Below, in pieces: positions 13,348 to 26,200 of a stretch of DNA of 64,000 nt; positions within the stretch are counted from its first letter, which is position 1; each line of letters opens with the position of its first letter. The position numbers and the translations under genes are program-made. Under the pieces are notes generated by a model. That model was not told the DNA's origin and did not search any database. It saw only the letters and a program-made list of their open reading frames with translations. This DNA is from Spizellomyces punctatus DAOM BR117 (Eukaryota), in NCBI GenBank assembly GCA_000182565.2, contig KQ257457.1. The stretch is one strand, 5' to 3'.

Positions 13348-15134
13348 GCATCTAGCATACCCAGCTTCTCATATAGATGGAGAGAATCACTCGTCCGCGA
13401 GGATGCATCTCATAACCTTCCATCCACTCGAGTCTCGCCGCTACCGTGAGGCCCTGAAACAACGTACTATTTGGATCTGATTCATTTATTATTCGCTTCC
13501 TGTACCATACTTGTGTGTTCTTTTGTGTGTTTGGGGAGCCCAGAGACTTTTTGCTTTTATAGTCTTCTTTGTTGTTTTGTGTATAGACCGACTCTTGACC
13601 TAGTTCATGAACATACCCGCACCCTATTGGTGCAAAAATACATTTGAGCTCCGCCTTTTGGCAACTACTAGCGAGTCATGTGTGTGTTTTTGTTGTCGTA
13701 TTAAAAGTTTTGTTGGTCAGCCTCGTTTGGATGTCGACCACTGGGGACAGCCACGGCGGGGACGGGGGGCGGTTGGTGTTTGCGGACCGAAGAACAACGA
13801 TGTTATTGCAGCTTGCGACCAAGCCAGCAGCCTGGCAGCAGGTTGTGGTTTCGTTCCGCCTTCTTTTTAAAAAGAGATTTTTAACTCCAAATATCTCGTG
13901 AGTCACTCGGAAGATGTCGGATCACCCAGGGACACGAGTTCGATACGCGGTGCCCTCGTCGCACTTTTGGGGACGAGGCGCGTTTTTTGGGGGGGTCTGG
14001 GCAGCTTAGGAGTAGAATGGGTTTCGGGTACGGGTGTTGCTGGGGTTCTATGCGTTCTGTAATTGTTTATGCAAGCAGGATAAACAGTATCTGCAGAGTG
14101 GCCATGCCCGCAGGTTGCTACGAAAAGACCCCGTCTACGAGGGGCGATTATTTGATGGTCAGCCAGATCAAAAACCTTCAGGCTGAGCCCCTATCTGCAG
14201 GGCAAACACAAAGCACGTATAGGTAAATTAAAGGGAAATGAACTTCCGATCTTCCATGGTGGCAGAATAGCTTCTAACTCTTGAACTCTGTACTTTCGAC
14301 ATTCATATTCTTTTTGGAAACGGTAGCTAATCCCCCATCAGCGCTGTATAGATCAGAACGTGTCTTTGTCCACCGACAGGTAGGCAAGAAAGGCACGAAA
14401 ACTAGACTACAGACCAATGCTCAAACTCGCAAACATCCACGGCTGATACCGTAGACAGCGCTTGTTTCGCGTTACTGTACCCAAGTAGATTGTAACCTTC
14501 CGGTTTCGTATTTTCAGAGGATGTCCTTCCATATCAACCTCAATTTCTCATCTCTGTGAGCTTCTCCAGTATCATCATTGACGCCAAGTAGACTTTTGGA
14601 TGAACTTGTCGTATTCAAGCAGTTTTATAGATATCGTAGAATAGATGAAACCGTCCGAATGAATAAAGCCACAGTTCTTCGAGAACCACCCTCGAATGTG
14701 AATAAATCATTGCAATTAGTGCTGCCACGTTGGTTGCTGACGAAATGATCCCTTTGATCTCGCTGTGTAAGCACGTCGGAGATCACCCAACCCGCCGATT
14801 TCCACGCGTTTTTCTGTGGATTTTTGTTGGGGGTTAGAAGCAGGAGAAGGTTTAGCGTAACCTTGATTGTGCCTAGTTGTCAGCAATCGGTACAATGGTG
14901 TGTATGTTGCTTCTTTTATGCCTGACATACTTTTTTCTCTTCCTTCTCTTCCTGTTGGAATCGGAAGCTGTTTGACAAGGAGGATGACGAGAGGCATTTT
15001 TCATGGTCGGGGTTTCTTTTTTCTTTCGCAAACCCCGCCCCGCTCGATGCGTACACATAAATAGAGCTCGTTCGACATGGTTTCCCTCCCCCGCCGATAT
15101 CTTGTTTCTCCCGCCCAATTTCTAACCCACAAAG

Positions 15135-16128
15135 ATGGACCGTCGTTACTGCCTTGCTATTTTGCTTTTCATTACCCTTCCGTTTGTCTTTGCTCTTCCA
15201 GCCAGCAACCTGCAAGCAAAACAAAGGCCACCAAAACGCTTCATCGTTCATGGCTCGACACTCAGTGACACTGGCAATGTTTGGAAGCTCACCAACAAGA
15301 CATTTCCTCCCGACACATACCACTTTGGTCGATTCTCTGATGGCCCCATATGGGCAGAATTCCTTTCCATGATTACAAATATCAAAGTTCGGAGCACAGC
15401 GTACGGCGGTTCGACGACAGATAATGCCTTCATCCAGGGATTTGCCAAGGAATTTCCGGTCCCCAGTCTTGCCGACCAGATTGCGGGGACGAAAAGATAC
15501 AAGAGCAAGGAGATTGTGTTTGTCTGGTATGCAAAGCATTGTTTTTTTTGGTAATTTAGAATGTTTTGCATCATAACCCATATTGCCATCTTCAAGGTCT
15601 GGCGCAAATGATGCCTTCCAGACTTGGTTCAAGAATTACAAAAATGTCACTGGGGAAGAATCAGCCGCCAATATTGTAAAGAGCGTCAAACAAATCCGTG
15701 ACAAACGTACGTCTTTTTGTTCTGTACAAACTTTGTCAGCTTCCTTTGTTAAACAAGTATTTTGATGGATAGGTGCACGAGAAATCGTAGTCTTTAACCT
15801 TGACCCTCTGTACCTCTCACCCACTTTTGCCGCACTCCCCAAAGACGCCTACGACTTTTTCAAAACCTTTGTCACGTCCTTTAACAGTGCACTCCAAAAA
15901 GCCGATTTTTCGTCCCTCAAAAAATCAAATGTGCGGATTTTCAACGTACACGATTTTATTATTGACACTGTGTTTCCCCAAGCCATGAACACGACTGGGT
16001 ACTGCTTGACCAACCAGGGTGGATGTGGAGAGGCATGGCAATACGTTTACTGGGACTTTGATGGGCATTACACCAGCTGGGTGCACTCTGAAATCGCAAA
16101 TGAGATGAAAAAGTTTCTTGGATTATAA
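15135..16128 (+). CDS. Secreted SGNH/GDSL-like hydrolase with variant block I; 2 introns
   Basis: Hydrophobic signal peptide; HGSTLSDTGN (GDSL-like), GRFSDGPIWAE, AYGGST, SGAND, WDFDGHYT. Confidence 0.8.
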
Positions 16129-16248
16129 AGGCTGCATACAGCGCCTCCCTTGTAGAAAGTAAAGTATGTACTTAAGAAAGGTGTGCGTTTAAATATACGG
16201 TGCTAGATACAGAGTTTGTGTGCAAACGATGCGGTTTCTGCAACTGCT

Positions 16249-17331
16249 CTAGAAAGTTACGACTGGTAGTCGATAAACTGGGAGACTCCAATACGCTCGC
16301 TTCACTCCCTGCCACACCTCGTCGCCCAACTCATCCATCTTAACCTCTCTATACTCGGTCATCAATCCCATCTCGCCTAGATCCGCCTCTGCAAGCCTGC
16401 ACGATACATCGTGAAAGAACGGATTCGTCCCTGCCAAGCCATTAAAAAAGGAATAGACTCCAGTTTGACTCAGAATGTTTGGAACGTGTTCGTGAAATTC
16501 CTTCAAATCATCGTAATACTCTCCAAAAGTGTCGAAAAAGATGCCATCATATACTTGCAATTGATCCAACACATCCTGCCACCGCCCAAATAGGATACGA
16601 ACGCCCGGCCGTTTATCCCATCCATCTGCAATCATTTTAGCATACACATCTGGATGCGCTTCAATAATAGTGTGCGTGGCAGGTGATCGCTTTTGGAGGT
16701 ATTCATCCACGAGACCTAGCCCGAATCCCACATTGAGAACATGAAGACCTGGTTCCGGAGCAATGACGTTTGCATGGAGTTCCATGAGCGGCGCTTCCCA
16801 TCCCATCATGACGGCATTGTTGTCCGAGTCAAGGAGACGGCCTTCGGAGTAGGTGAGTCGCCGGGCAAGGTAGTTGGCATTTGAAGGATGGGCAGAGGCA
16901 GGCTTCACACTTGTTACAGATTCGTCTTGTTCATGGCTATCTTCTACCTCGTCATCGGGATGCAACCCACCAGCGCCCAAAGCCATCAACAGAAACTCGG
17001 TCCTCACCCCTTCCTCCACTAAATGCTCATAAACGTCCTGAAATCCCCCTTCCAAGGCATACTCGCCAACACTTTTGGCGTTATCATCAATAGAATTCCA
17101 TTGTGCACCCGCTCGAAGAAGTGTCGTCACGGCCTCAAGGTTACCGCGAAAAGCAGCCACATGGAGAGGACTTGCACCAGTACGGTTTGGGTCTCGGTAA
17201 GCCACATCCGCACCTTGAGAAATGTACGTCGAGAGTTCCTGTGCACATGGCGTGGACGGAGACAATGTCGATAGACAGGTGAGGAGGGAAAGCGTTGGTT
17301 GAACGTCGGGCGTCGAGGGATCTGTTGTCAT
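16249..17331 (-). CDS. RMT2: Arginine N-methyltransferase Rmt2 (ankyrin repeat + SAM-dependent methyltransferase)
   Basis: Ankyrin SPLHVAA; VMMGWEAPLM, VLNVGFGLG, HTIIEAHPDV, DGIFFDTFGEYY, YSFFNGLAG; ATG taken at 17331. Confidence 0.93.
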   Translation of the reverse strand: MTTDPSTPDVQPTLSLLTCLSTLSPSTPCAQELSTYISQGADVAYRDPNRTGASPLHVAAFRGNLEAVTTLLRAGAQWNSIDDNAKSVGEYALEGGFQDVYEHLVEEGVRTEFLLMALGAGGLHPDDEVEDSHEQDESVTSVKPASAHPSNANYLARRLTYSEGRLLDSDNNAVMMGWEAPLMELHANVIAPEPGLHVLNVGFGLGLVDEYLQKRSPATHTIIEAHPDVYAKMIADGWDKRPGVRILFGRWQDVLDQLQVYDGIFFDTFGEYYDDLKEFHEHVPNILSQTGVYSFFNGLAGTNPFFHDVSCRLAEADLGEMGLMTEYREVKMDELGDEVWQGVKRAYWSLPVYRLPVVTF

Positions 17332-17479
17332 TTTCAAAGGAATTTGGGACAAAAGTCGCAAGACTGAGTTCAACCCGCCCGAAAACAATTCAACGTGGCA
17401 CAGTCATGTTAATTCCGTACGCGCAGGGTGATGCTCTACACGTCAGCAAGTTTCCTCCCTCCACACCCAAAAGCAAAAC

Positions 17480-17953
17480 ATGACGATCCAACACGATGCC
17501 AAACCCAAACTCATCACAGCGTCCGAAGATCCTTTTCTTCACCCACTGCCGCTAACGCTCCCGGGAACAGATCGGCAAACAGGACTCTGGTACCTCCTTC
17601 CGCACATTTGGGACTCGCTGTGGTTAACTATTCCGCCTCCTGTCCGCGCCACCATAGCGTCCGTATCCGTTCCATATCTCCTGTTTTGCGTTGGAAACTC
17701 ACTTAGCGGTGGAGCGTCTGTTTCTTTTGGCACAAAACTGTGGGATTTGATTCGACTAGGGCAGCAGGCAGGCTTTTCTGCCATGGGAGGCCAGGGAAGG
17801 GTGGGAGGAGATGGCGGTATTGGTGGGTTTGTAGGAGGCGCTGTGACGGCTGGTGCTTGCATATTAGGATTCATGTGGGTGAAAAAGTTTGTAAATGGAG
17901 AGGTGCGGGATGTGAAATCAACGACGCGTGATGGAGGCAGCAAGGACAAGTAG
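17480..17953 (+). CDS. Hypothetical small membrane protein (157 aa)
   Basis: ATG-initiated ORF in A-rich start context, divergent from RMT2 (~150 bp apart); hydrophobic and Gly-rich segments; no family recognised. Confidence 0.55.
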   Translation: MTIQHDAKPKLITASEDPFLHPLPLTLPGTDRQTGLWYLLPHIWDSLWLTIPPPVRATIASVSVPYLLFCVGNSLSGGASVSFGTKLWDLIRLGQQAGFSAMGGQGRVGGDGGIGGFVGGAVTAGACILGFMWVKKFVNGEVRDVKSTTRDGGSKDK

Positions 17954-19913
17954 GCTGGGATTTGAGAAGGGCCGAGTCCTAATTCTTTGAAGCAGATGTG
18001 GTGCTTAGATATAGTGTCGTTTTTTAGCCATGTATATATCATCTTTGGCCTACGTTCATGTTAGTCCATTGCCAAACAAGCACAGCAAGCATTGTGTGTG
18101 ATCCTTGTCGCTACCTTTGAGCTATCCATACACACCATACTGCTCCCGTTCTTTTGTCCTATTTGCATATGGTTTGTGCTGCTGTCTATGGCACAGATTC
18201 TTCGACCGTGGGATTCTTGCCGGGAAACAGTCCCAGCATCCACTTTCTTCGGTTCGGCGCGGTCGCTGGTCAACGAGGGAGTATAGGAACGAAACGCCAT
18301 GGTAAAACGACATGGTTTCTACACTTTTCACCACTTGCGAATGCAATAGTCAGAATAAGCACATACCACACGCACTACACACACCTCAACAAGAAAGCAC
18401 ATACTATCGCTTCATACTCGAGCCCAGCAAACGGGAAACTCACTTTTTCCCACGCGCGTTCCCACTTTCCCACGTCTCCCAACCCGCTGCAAAACCAAGT
18501 GCAAAACACACAAAAACCATCTCGTTTTGCATTCGACATGCTCGCCATGGCCATGCAAAGACAACCGAGTCCCCCAGTCGCCTTGCTGCCCCAACTGAGG
18601 ACCGGAGGAAAGTATAAACAAATGACCGTCTTTCCGGGTCGCGTTTACATAATCTTGTCGTTAGCATCGCCCTTCCAGGAGACATCCGCGGAGAGCTTAG
18701 GGCCAGGAGATTCACCAGGAGGGTCCAACGACGCTCTTGATTGGCCCCCCTGCGTTGCGAAGGAAGGTCATGCAACCGGAAACTTTCGTAAAGTGGAGAA
18801 TTCCGGAGTGGAGGATTTGTAAAAAGCGCAGTTCCCGAGGGTTATAAAAAGGGCAGCATATCTCGCCTCCCCCCGCTTCTTCTTTACGCGGTGGGGTTTT
18901 CTTGTGCTTTGGTTTTTGAGGTGGTATTTGTTTTGTGTTTTGTGTTTTGTGGTTTTATTATCAGGTTTGTGGGTTTTGGTTGGGTTTCTTTCTTGTCTTC
19001 TTTATTTCCTGCCGCGTATTCTAGTCTTCTTGGTTGAACAGGACTGAGTGACCCGCGTTGGGGGAGCGGCACCCACGATCCACCTCGGTGGGAGTGTTCT
19101 CTGGTTCCGGCCAGGGGAAGGGCCTGTTACAATAAAAGGATGAAAATAATGATTCAGTTGCCAATGTGCTTGGCATAAGGAAGAAATATGCAGAAAGATT
19201 CAACGAGCTGTCCTCTCCAAAATCCATCTCCACGTCCAACTATGCATTGTATGGTGTCCAAACGCGCTCGCGACGAGATCATCCAAACGCGCGCATCCAC
19301 GCGTATACATTGCATGGGAGCCGTTCAATTACATTGACTATAGCATTGTTTTGGAGCTGCTTGGACGTCACTTTCTAGACTGGTCGCCGTCGCGCCACAT
19401 ACCCACTTTGATGAAGAGATCCTTTTGTTTATTTTGAGCAAACGCGAGACCGGTAGGGCTTTAGAGGGTGGGTCAATGTGGGAAGAGTGTCAGTATAACG
19501 CATCAAGTTGTGTGCCCGCCGACCAAGCGTCATAGATTGATTCCTTGTCTTTCCAGTATTGTCATTACCAGAGTACGTCTGCTGCGATGCATCCCAATCC
19601 TTTTGACGACGCGTTTGCGTCAACGCATGATGGGGTACAGCTTGCAATGACACCTCATTTTGACGTGGAAAAAGTTCAATAGTTCATGCCTTGTCACGAC
19701 AAATGATAATATGCTGAAAATAATTGCACCTCAAAACTGCAATGAGCCCATTAAAATTTCATTCCATTCCGCTGTGAAAGGTAAAGACTATTATACAGGG
19801 CGTGTGTCCGCAACAGCCAGAACCCCCTCATATCCACCAGCCCCCCCGCTCTCCCACTCCTCGATCTACATACAAACGTATACACAGAAAACGGTTAAAG
19901 AGGAAAGTGCACA

Positions 19914-21951
19914 TTAGCGTGGTTCAGGTTCAATGGTCACTCCGCGTCGAATGGTACCCCATCCAATCAATCTACATCAACGAAAAATGAGCATGTGTAT
20001 CGGCGAATCTGTAAAGCTGAACAATAGAACTCACCGCCAGTGCTTCTCGATACGACGAGATAATGCAATCTTCTCTCCAATCTCAGTGCAAGCCGGGGTG
20101 TTCAATAATATCTTGGCCATGTCCGCCTTTACGCTCAACACACGTCCACCCGTTGAGGTAGAACCAATGTTCACCATGAGAACTTCATGTCGGCTGAGCT
20201 TTTGGACCTTGGTTTGCTTCTTGTCCTCGGACTTCACACCGAGAAGTCTCCGCAAAAGGAAGTAGTTAATCTCTAGCTCGGTGTAGATCGCTGGCAATTT
20301 GCCCACTGCACCAAGGACTTGGCCGACGAGACGGTCGGCACGGCAGAGAGTGGGATCAATTCTTGTACCCACACCTGGAAATAAGGCCAGATGTGAGAAC
20401 GACAAACATTTGAAGGAAAACAACCGTGTTCCAACGCACCAATCAATCCACCAGGTACCGCAAATTTAAGCTCATTGGTCTCTGCCAGCAGTGTCACAAT
20501 TCGAGAGTAGATTGGCTTGCATCGCACCTTTCCATCACTATCCTTGCTGACAATTCCAGGACGAACTTCAATCTCGTCACCGATTTTAAGCACACCACAC
20601 AAAATCGATCCACCTGCGACTCCTCCCTTGAGGTCTGCCACTTCTGCACCTGGTTTATTCACATCAAATGAACGAATGACAATCAATCGTGGGTCGGCGG
20701 TAAAGTCACGGATTGGGATGGGGATTTTCTTGACAATGTATTCATTGATGGCGTCAATGTTGTACTTCAATTGCGCAGAAATGGGAATAATCGGAGCACT
20801 GTCTGCAACAGTGCCTTTTACAAACTTCAAGATGCTCTCGTGATGTTCTTCTGCAGCGGATTCCTTGATCAAGTCAACCTTGTTTTGTAGGATGAGAATA
20901 TGCTGCAGCTTCATAATCTCGATAGCGGCCAAGTGTTCAGAAGTTTGTGGTTGGGGACAAGATTCGTTTCCAGCGATCAGGAGCAGCGCAGCATCCATGA
21001 CTGCTGCTCCGTTCAGCATAGTAGCCATAAGAATATCGTGTCCCGGACAGTCGACAAACGACACATGTCTGTTTCGTGGCACACAACCCTGTCAATTAAT
21101 GCCATAAACGAAAAACACACCGTTGGCCATTCACCTTAGTAGTCTCATTCTTCCCATGCACCCCACCCGATCACAGGGGAATCCCTCCTCCTTATCACTA
21201 CGGTACGATCGATAACATCCCGGACGTGGGCATGCTTCGCTATCGCATTTGAAGATCTATCATAAACCAAGAAAGCATGAGGTTAGATGTTGGTCTAGAG
21301 AAGCAAGGTTCACCGCCCGCGCCTTCCGCTCTCGTATCACCACTGCTTCAGGAGCCATCTGCGTATTATTGACGGCTCTTGCGTCTATCGACATCAAGTA
21401 TCCGACTGGTGCCAGCAAACTGTCTCATCACCGCGTATGGATACGAGATGGTAAGTCGGCGAGAGTAAACGTGTCCGAGCCTTACCTTTGCATTGGCATA
21501 ACCCAGCTTGATGGTAATGTTTCGCTCGAGTTCGTTCTTGAAACGGACCGTTTGCACACCAGATATAGCTTTTACCACAGTTGACTTTCCGTGAGCTACA
21601 TGCCCGATGGTACCTGTGTCAGACATAAAGAAGTGCAGTGAGTACACAAATCTTTCGACTGATCAAGCAATCCCATCCCATCTACATCTTGAAAGATTAT
21701 GCACTGCATCAGGGCCGACCAGCGTATTATTTGCGGCCATGCATAGACATCGTCATGTATATTCCGACTGGTGCCAGCAAAAAGACTCATCAGAGCGAGT
21801 GCATCTTCCCCAAGTCTGTCTACCCATCCATGCCATCCCCTCCCATTTGTTTCTCACGAGAAAGCTTACCGATATTGATGGTAGCTTGTCGAGAAATGAC
21901 TTCTGGGGATAGAGGATTGAGTTGCGTTACGTCAATATCTATAGCCGCCAT
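19914..21951 (-). CDS. GCD11: Translation initiation factor eIF2 gamma subunit, multi-exon
   Basis: [71 protein letters not shown]. Confidence 0.97.
21341..21440 (-). ncRNA. Intronic box C/D snoRNA (eIF2-gamma intron 2); predicted guide for 18S Gm562 (yeast numbering)
   Basis: Box C GUGAUGA (21425-21431), guide GCUGGCACCAG complementary to 18S CUGGUGCCAGC, D' CGGA, box D CUGA (21348-21351); flanking complementary CTCGTAT/ATACGAG stem. Confidence 0.8.
21699..21804 (-). ncRNA. Intronic box C/D snoRNA paralog (eIF2-gamma intron 1); same 18S guide
   Basis: Box C UGAUGA (21787-21792), identical guide GCUGGCACCAG-U-CGGA, box D CUGA (21709-21712); terminal stem ATGCACT/AGTGCAT. Confidence 0.8.
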
Positions 21952-23259
21952 GTTTGCAGTGGTTCTTTGTCAAGTTGCAGGGATAAATGTGGTAGCGATC
22001 CGCCCGTCTGATTCTTTCAATGTTCCAATGCGTTTATATAAAGAGTCCCAAGAAAGAAAGTAATGCCAACTGCTGTCAACTGCCGTGATCGTCGCGGGAA
22101 AGTCGTTGAAAAAAACTGCAAAGTTCCCTTCCCCACCATCGCCGTTCCCCAACTGCAAAAAACTGGGACAAGGTCACGTGTCCAGAGTCACCATAGGAGC
22201 GAATGAGTCATGTATTGCCTAAGCAGTAACCATGTGACTTTCATGCGCCTCAAGTTCATTATCCCTTTTTTGATGTGCGCTTGACTACTAAGCCACTTAA
22301 TCCCCAAACTGGGCCTTCCTTTGGAGGTGGGCGACCTCTTGGGCAAGTCAACCCACGCCAACGCACGGGAAAAACGCAACGACGGGGATTGTTGGCGATT
22401 TGGTCTTTACGCCTTTTGCAAACCTGTCAAAGTGAACCACCCTCCTCGGTGGGCACGGCTACTCGGCGTCGTTCTTGTCCTTCAAAATCATTTGCATTTT
22501 TTGAACCACACGCCTCAAGTTATTACTTTTTGCGAGAGTGTTTGGATTGCCGACATTTGAAGCGCAGCAACTTGAGCTCACGCAAGCAAAGGTTTGCAAA
22601 ACAATGTGTGGTTTGATGGTCGTCAGTCTATCTAACAGGGACAATCTCTTCTTTCTTGGCTGCGCTGTCTAATCTCTTGATTTGGGTGACAACTTGAACA
22701 GGAGTAGAGCGTGGAAACCTCATTGAAACCTTCCAAAACGTTACTCAAAGATAACAAGACTGGTGCCCTTCTACTCTTTGCTACGGTAGGTTGACCACTC
22801 TGCTTATGGTCAAGTGCTGCGCTGGACCTTGAGCCATTCATGGATGGGAACTTGCAAGATCTGAGGTCTTGTGGCCGTGATACTCATTTTGTTTCTTGTT
22901 TTTCCTATCCCAAAGGAGTCACCCTTGCACAATCTGGGGGCCAAGAAGAAGATACCGGTGCGTTGAGTGTTGTCGCGTAGACACTGTGGAGACTCGTAGT
23001 GTCATGTCGAGAGTTGCCATGGCATGAGAGACAGCATGACTGACATCCGCTTTGATTTACTAGCAGCCGTATCGAACCTTGAACCGTTCTTGCTATTTCT
23101 CGCCAGGCACAGGAGCTACTGGTGTCGGCTCGTACGCTGGTCCTGAGTGGGCCCTAAATAATGCTGACCACCCGTATACCCCGCGCCGAGAGTAAAGGCG
23201 AGAGTTACCAACAGCGTATGATTATTTGCTCAAAAGACGGGTCAAAAACTGCTACCATC

Positions 23260-26200
23260 ATGCATACTGTCAATCCAAATATCGTCCCAGTTGCGGCTGC
23301 TGCGGCCGGAACCGCGCCTGCACACGTGGACCACGCACCAGTACCAGCCCGAAGAAAGAAGGTTGGTCCCGACTGTAAAGTAGCAGATATCATGTATAAA
23401 GAATGATGGCCATTAACGAGTCTGTCTTGAAAAGAACAAGAAAAAGGGAAAGGGTACGACACATTCCCCCACATATCAATCAACCCACTCAACTCCAAAT
23501 GGCACGTCGGAACATATTGACTATGAGGATGATGAAGATGACTATGTATACGATGAAATAACAGAGAATCGCGGACGAGGCGAGCACCGTGGATCTATAG
23601 CTAGCTCAACCCATCCAAATTCACTGTCACCAGATGATGACGGACTTTTGTCCGACGCCGATGGTGGAAGTCCTTCGTATAATCCCGCCTCTGAATCGAA
23701 AAATAAGAAGAAAAAGAAAAAAAAGAGACATTCGGACACGTCACATCATCGGCACAATGATATCTGGTACAAGTCAGATGCTGAAGAGAAACAGCGGATA
23801 CGTGAATTTTGGTTACAGCTCGGGGAGGACGAGCGACGCGCGCTTGTCAAACTGGAAAAAGAGGCGGTCCTGAAAAAAATGAAGGAGCAGCAGAAGCAGA
23901 CATGCTCGTGTTCAGTATGCGGGCGCAAACGGTTGGTATTTTGGTTTGCACTTCTTATAGTGGGGATGAGTGCTCATTTTATTAAAATTTCCTTCAGAAC
24001 TGTAATTGAGGAGGAGCTGGAGATCCTTTACGATGCGTATTACGAAGAGCTTGAAAATTTTGCTAATGATCAGAGCGGGAAAGCTCCATCCGGTCCTTGT
24101 ATGTTTTCTCTCGAATTTTACACATGAGCCTTGTTTTTCATTTAATATGTGTGTCCAGCTGCAACTCCCATCGGACATACACCGTCACCTTCCCGATCAC
24201 CACCATCTCATCGAATTCAACATATTGAGGAAGATGAGGAAGAGGATGGAGAATATGATGACGATGACGAAGAAGAGGATGACGATCATGACCCATCTGA
24301 GAGTATCTTCGAATTTGGCAGCAGCCTCACAGTGAAAGGTTAGCCCGCTTGTCCGATAAGTCTTCAAATAAATTGCGCACTCACCCTTTTAAGCAGGTGG
24401 AATACTGACAGTAGCTGATGACTTTCTTAAAAATGACGGAAGAAAATTCCTCGATTTGATGGAACAGCTGGCTGAAAGAAAAATCAGGCAGCTCGACGAT
24501 GAGATGGACCGAGGTGGAGATAATAACGGCGATTGGGATGATGGCGAGTATGATGATGAGGATTATGATGAAGACGAGGAGGAGGTACAGATGGGCACAT
24601 TTATCCGTCGTGGCGATGGGAGTGACTAATGATATGTCATCTAGGACACCATGACGGAAGAGCAACGCATGGAGGAGGGCCGGCGCATGTTCCAAATATT
24701 CGCAGCAAAGATGTTTGAACAGCGAGTGCTACAAGCATATCGTGAAAAGGTTGCGCAAGAAAGGCAAATGCACCTTCTAGCAGAGTTGGAGAAAGAGAAG
24801 GAGCAGCAAGCAATGAGGGAGCTTGCCCGTCAGAAGAACAAGGAGAAAAAGAGGCTCCAGAAAAAGTTGGTCTTTCTTGTGCGCTGATTTCGAAAAGTTG
24901 CTTGGCCCTAATTACTGCAAAAATCAAAATCACAGAGCTCTAAAGCAGCAAAAGGAGGAGGAGAGACTAGCGTTAGAGCGGAAAAAGCAAGAAGAGGAGG
25001 AGCGACTTCGAGTGGAAAAGGAGGCGAAGGCGGAAGCGGATCGGTGAGCGCATTATCGGATATTACATGGTGGGAAAACCTAGACTGATCCCTTCGTACG
25101 TAGCTTGAAACGAGAAGCCGAGCGAGCAAAGCGTGAGGAGGAACGGGCAAAGCGGGAAGAGGAAGAGCGCAAGAAAAAGGAAGCCGAGCGCACGCGAAAG
25201 GAAGAAGAGAAGCGCAGGCAGCGCGAAGCAGAGGAGAAAAAGCGCCGCGAGAAGGAGGAGCGTGAACGACAGGAACGAGAGCGACGAGAACGTGACGAGC
25301 GTGAGCGCAAGGAAAAAGAGGAGCGCGATAGGCGAGAGCGTGAGCGAAAAGAGAGAGAAGACCGGGAGAAGAGAGAAAAGGAAGAGAAAGAACGAAAAGA
25401 GCGGGAAGAGCGCGAACGCAAGGAGAAGGACGAAAAAGAGAAACGGGGGCGAGGAGAGGCGCGCCCGCGGCAACAAGTTGTTGTTCAACAGCAGCCGAAG
25501 ACAGCTCGACCTGTATCCGCCAAGCCGTCCCCTGGTGGTCTACCTTCAAAAGTTGCATCTCACGCGCCTACTACAACTCCAGCGTACCGTCCAGGTCCGA
25601 TTGGGCGACCAGCTACTGTTCCCAATACCCGGCCACCTTTGGCGAGACCCCAGGCCATTGGGTCAGCTATTGCACAGCCAACGGCAGGTGGTTCCACTAT
25701 TCGACCACACAGTACCCAACCTGGTTATCAAGGGCAACAAAGTTCACAGAAAACTATTCCTGTCCAAGCGCAGCAAATTCCTGGTATGCGACCACCGCCT
25801 TCACATTCGCACCATCCACTATCGATACATAGTCGACCAGCAGTAGGTCAACAGAACGCAGTATCTCAGCCAGGATTTGCACATCCGGGTTCACGTCCTC
25901 TACACATGTTTGGGCAGCCTACACATATGAATGCCTTGCATCAAGCAAATTTGGTACACGGTCAGCCGACACAGGGAGCAGCGCTAGCATCTTCACCACC
26001 ACCGCCAAGTACGATAGGTACACAGAGCCTGGAACAAGCCGACGCAAACGGAATACCTCCGTCTCGGCTGTTCAGTGGCGCCAGCTTCCCGGCACTTCAC
26101 TGGTCGGCAACGGATGGCATACCCGCAGCGCAGATTGGGGCGCTTGGAGATCCTGCAAGAGCCATTCTTGCGCACAGCAAGCCACCTGTACCGATTGGCA

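Noticed and set aside
18600-18800. GAGGAAAGT / GGAAGGTC resembling RNase P CR-I
   Set aside because: No matching CR-V/P4 partner found
21650-21795. CUGAUGAG...GAAA hammerhead-ribozyme-like core on the minus strand
   Set aside because: GAAA is ~130 nt away with no stem II; the motif is better explained as snoRNA box C
24908-25558. Long antisense and alternative-frame ORFs over the purine-rich repeat
   Set aside because: Shadows of the low-complexity E/R/K helix of NST1
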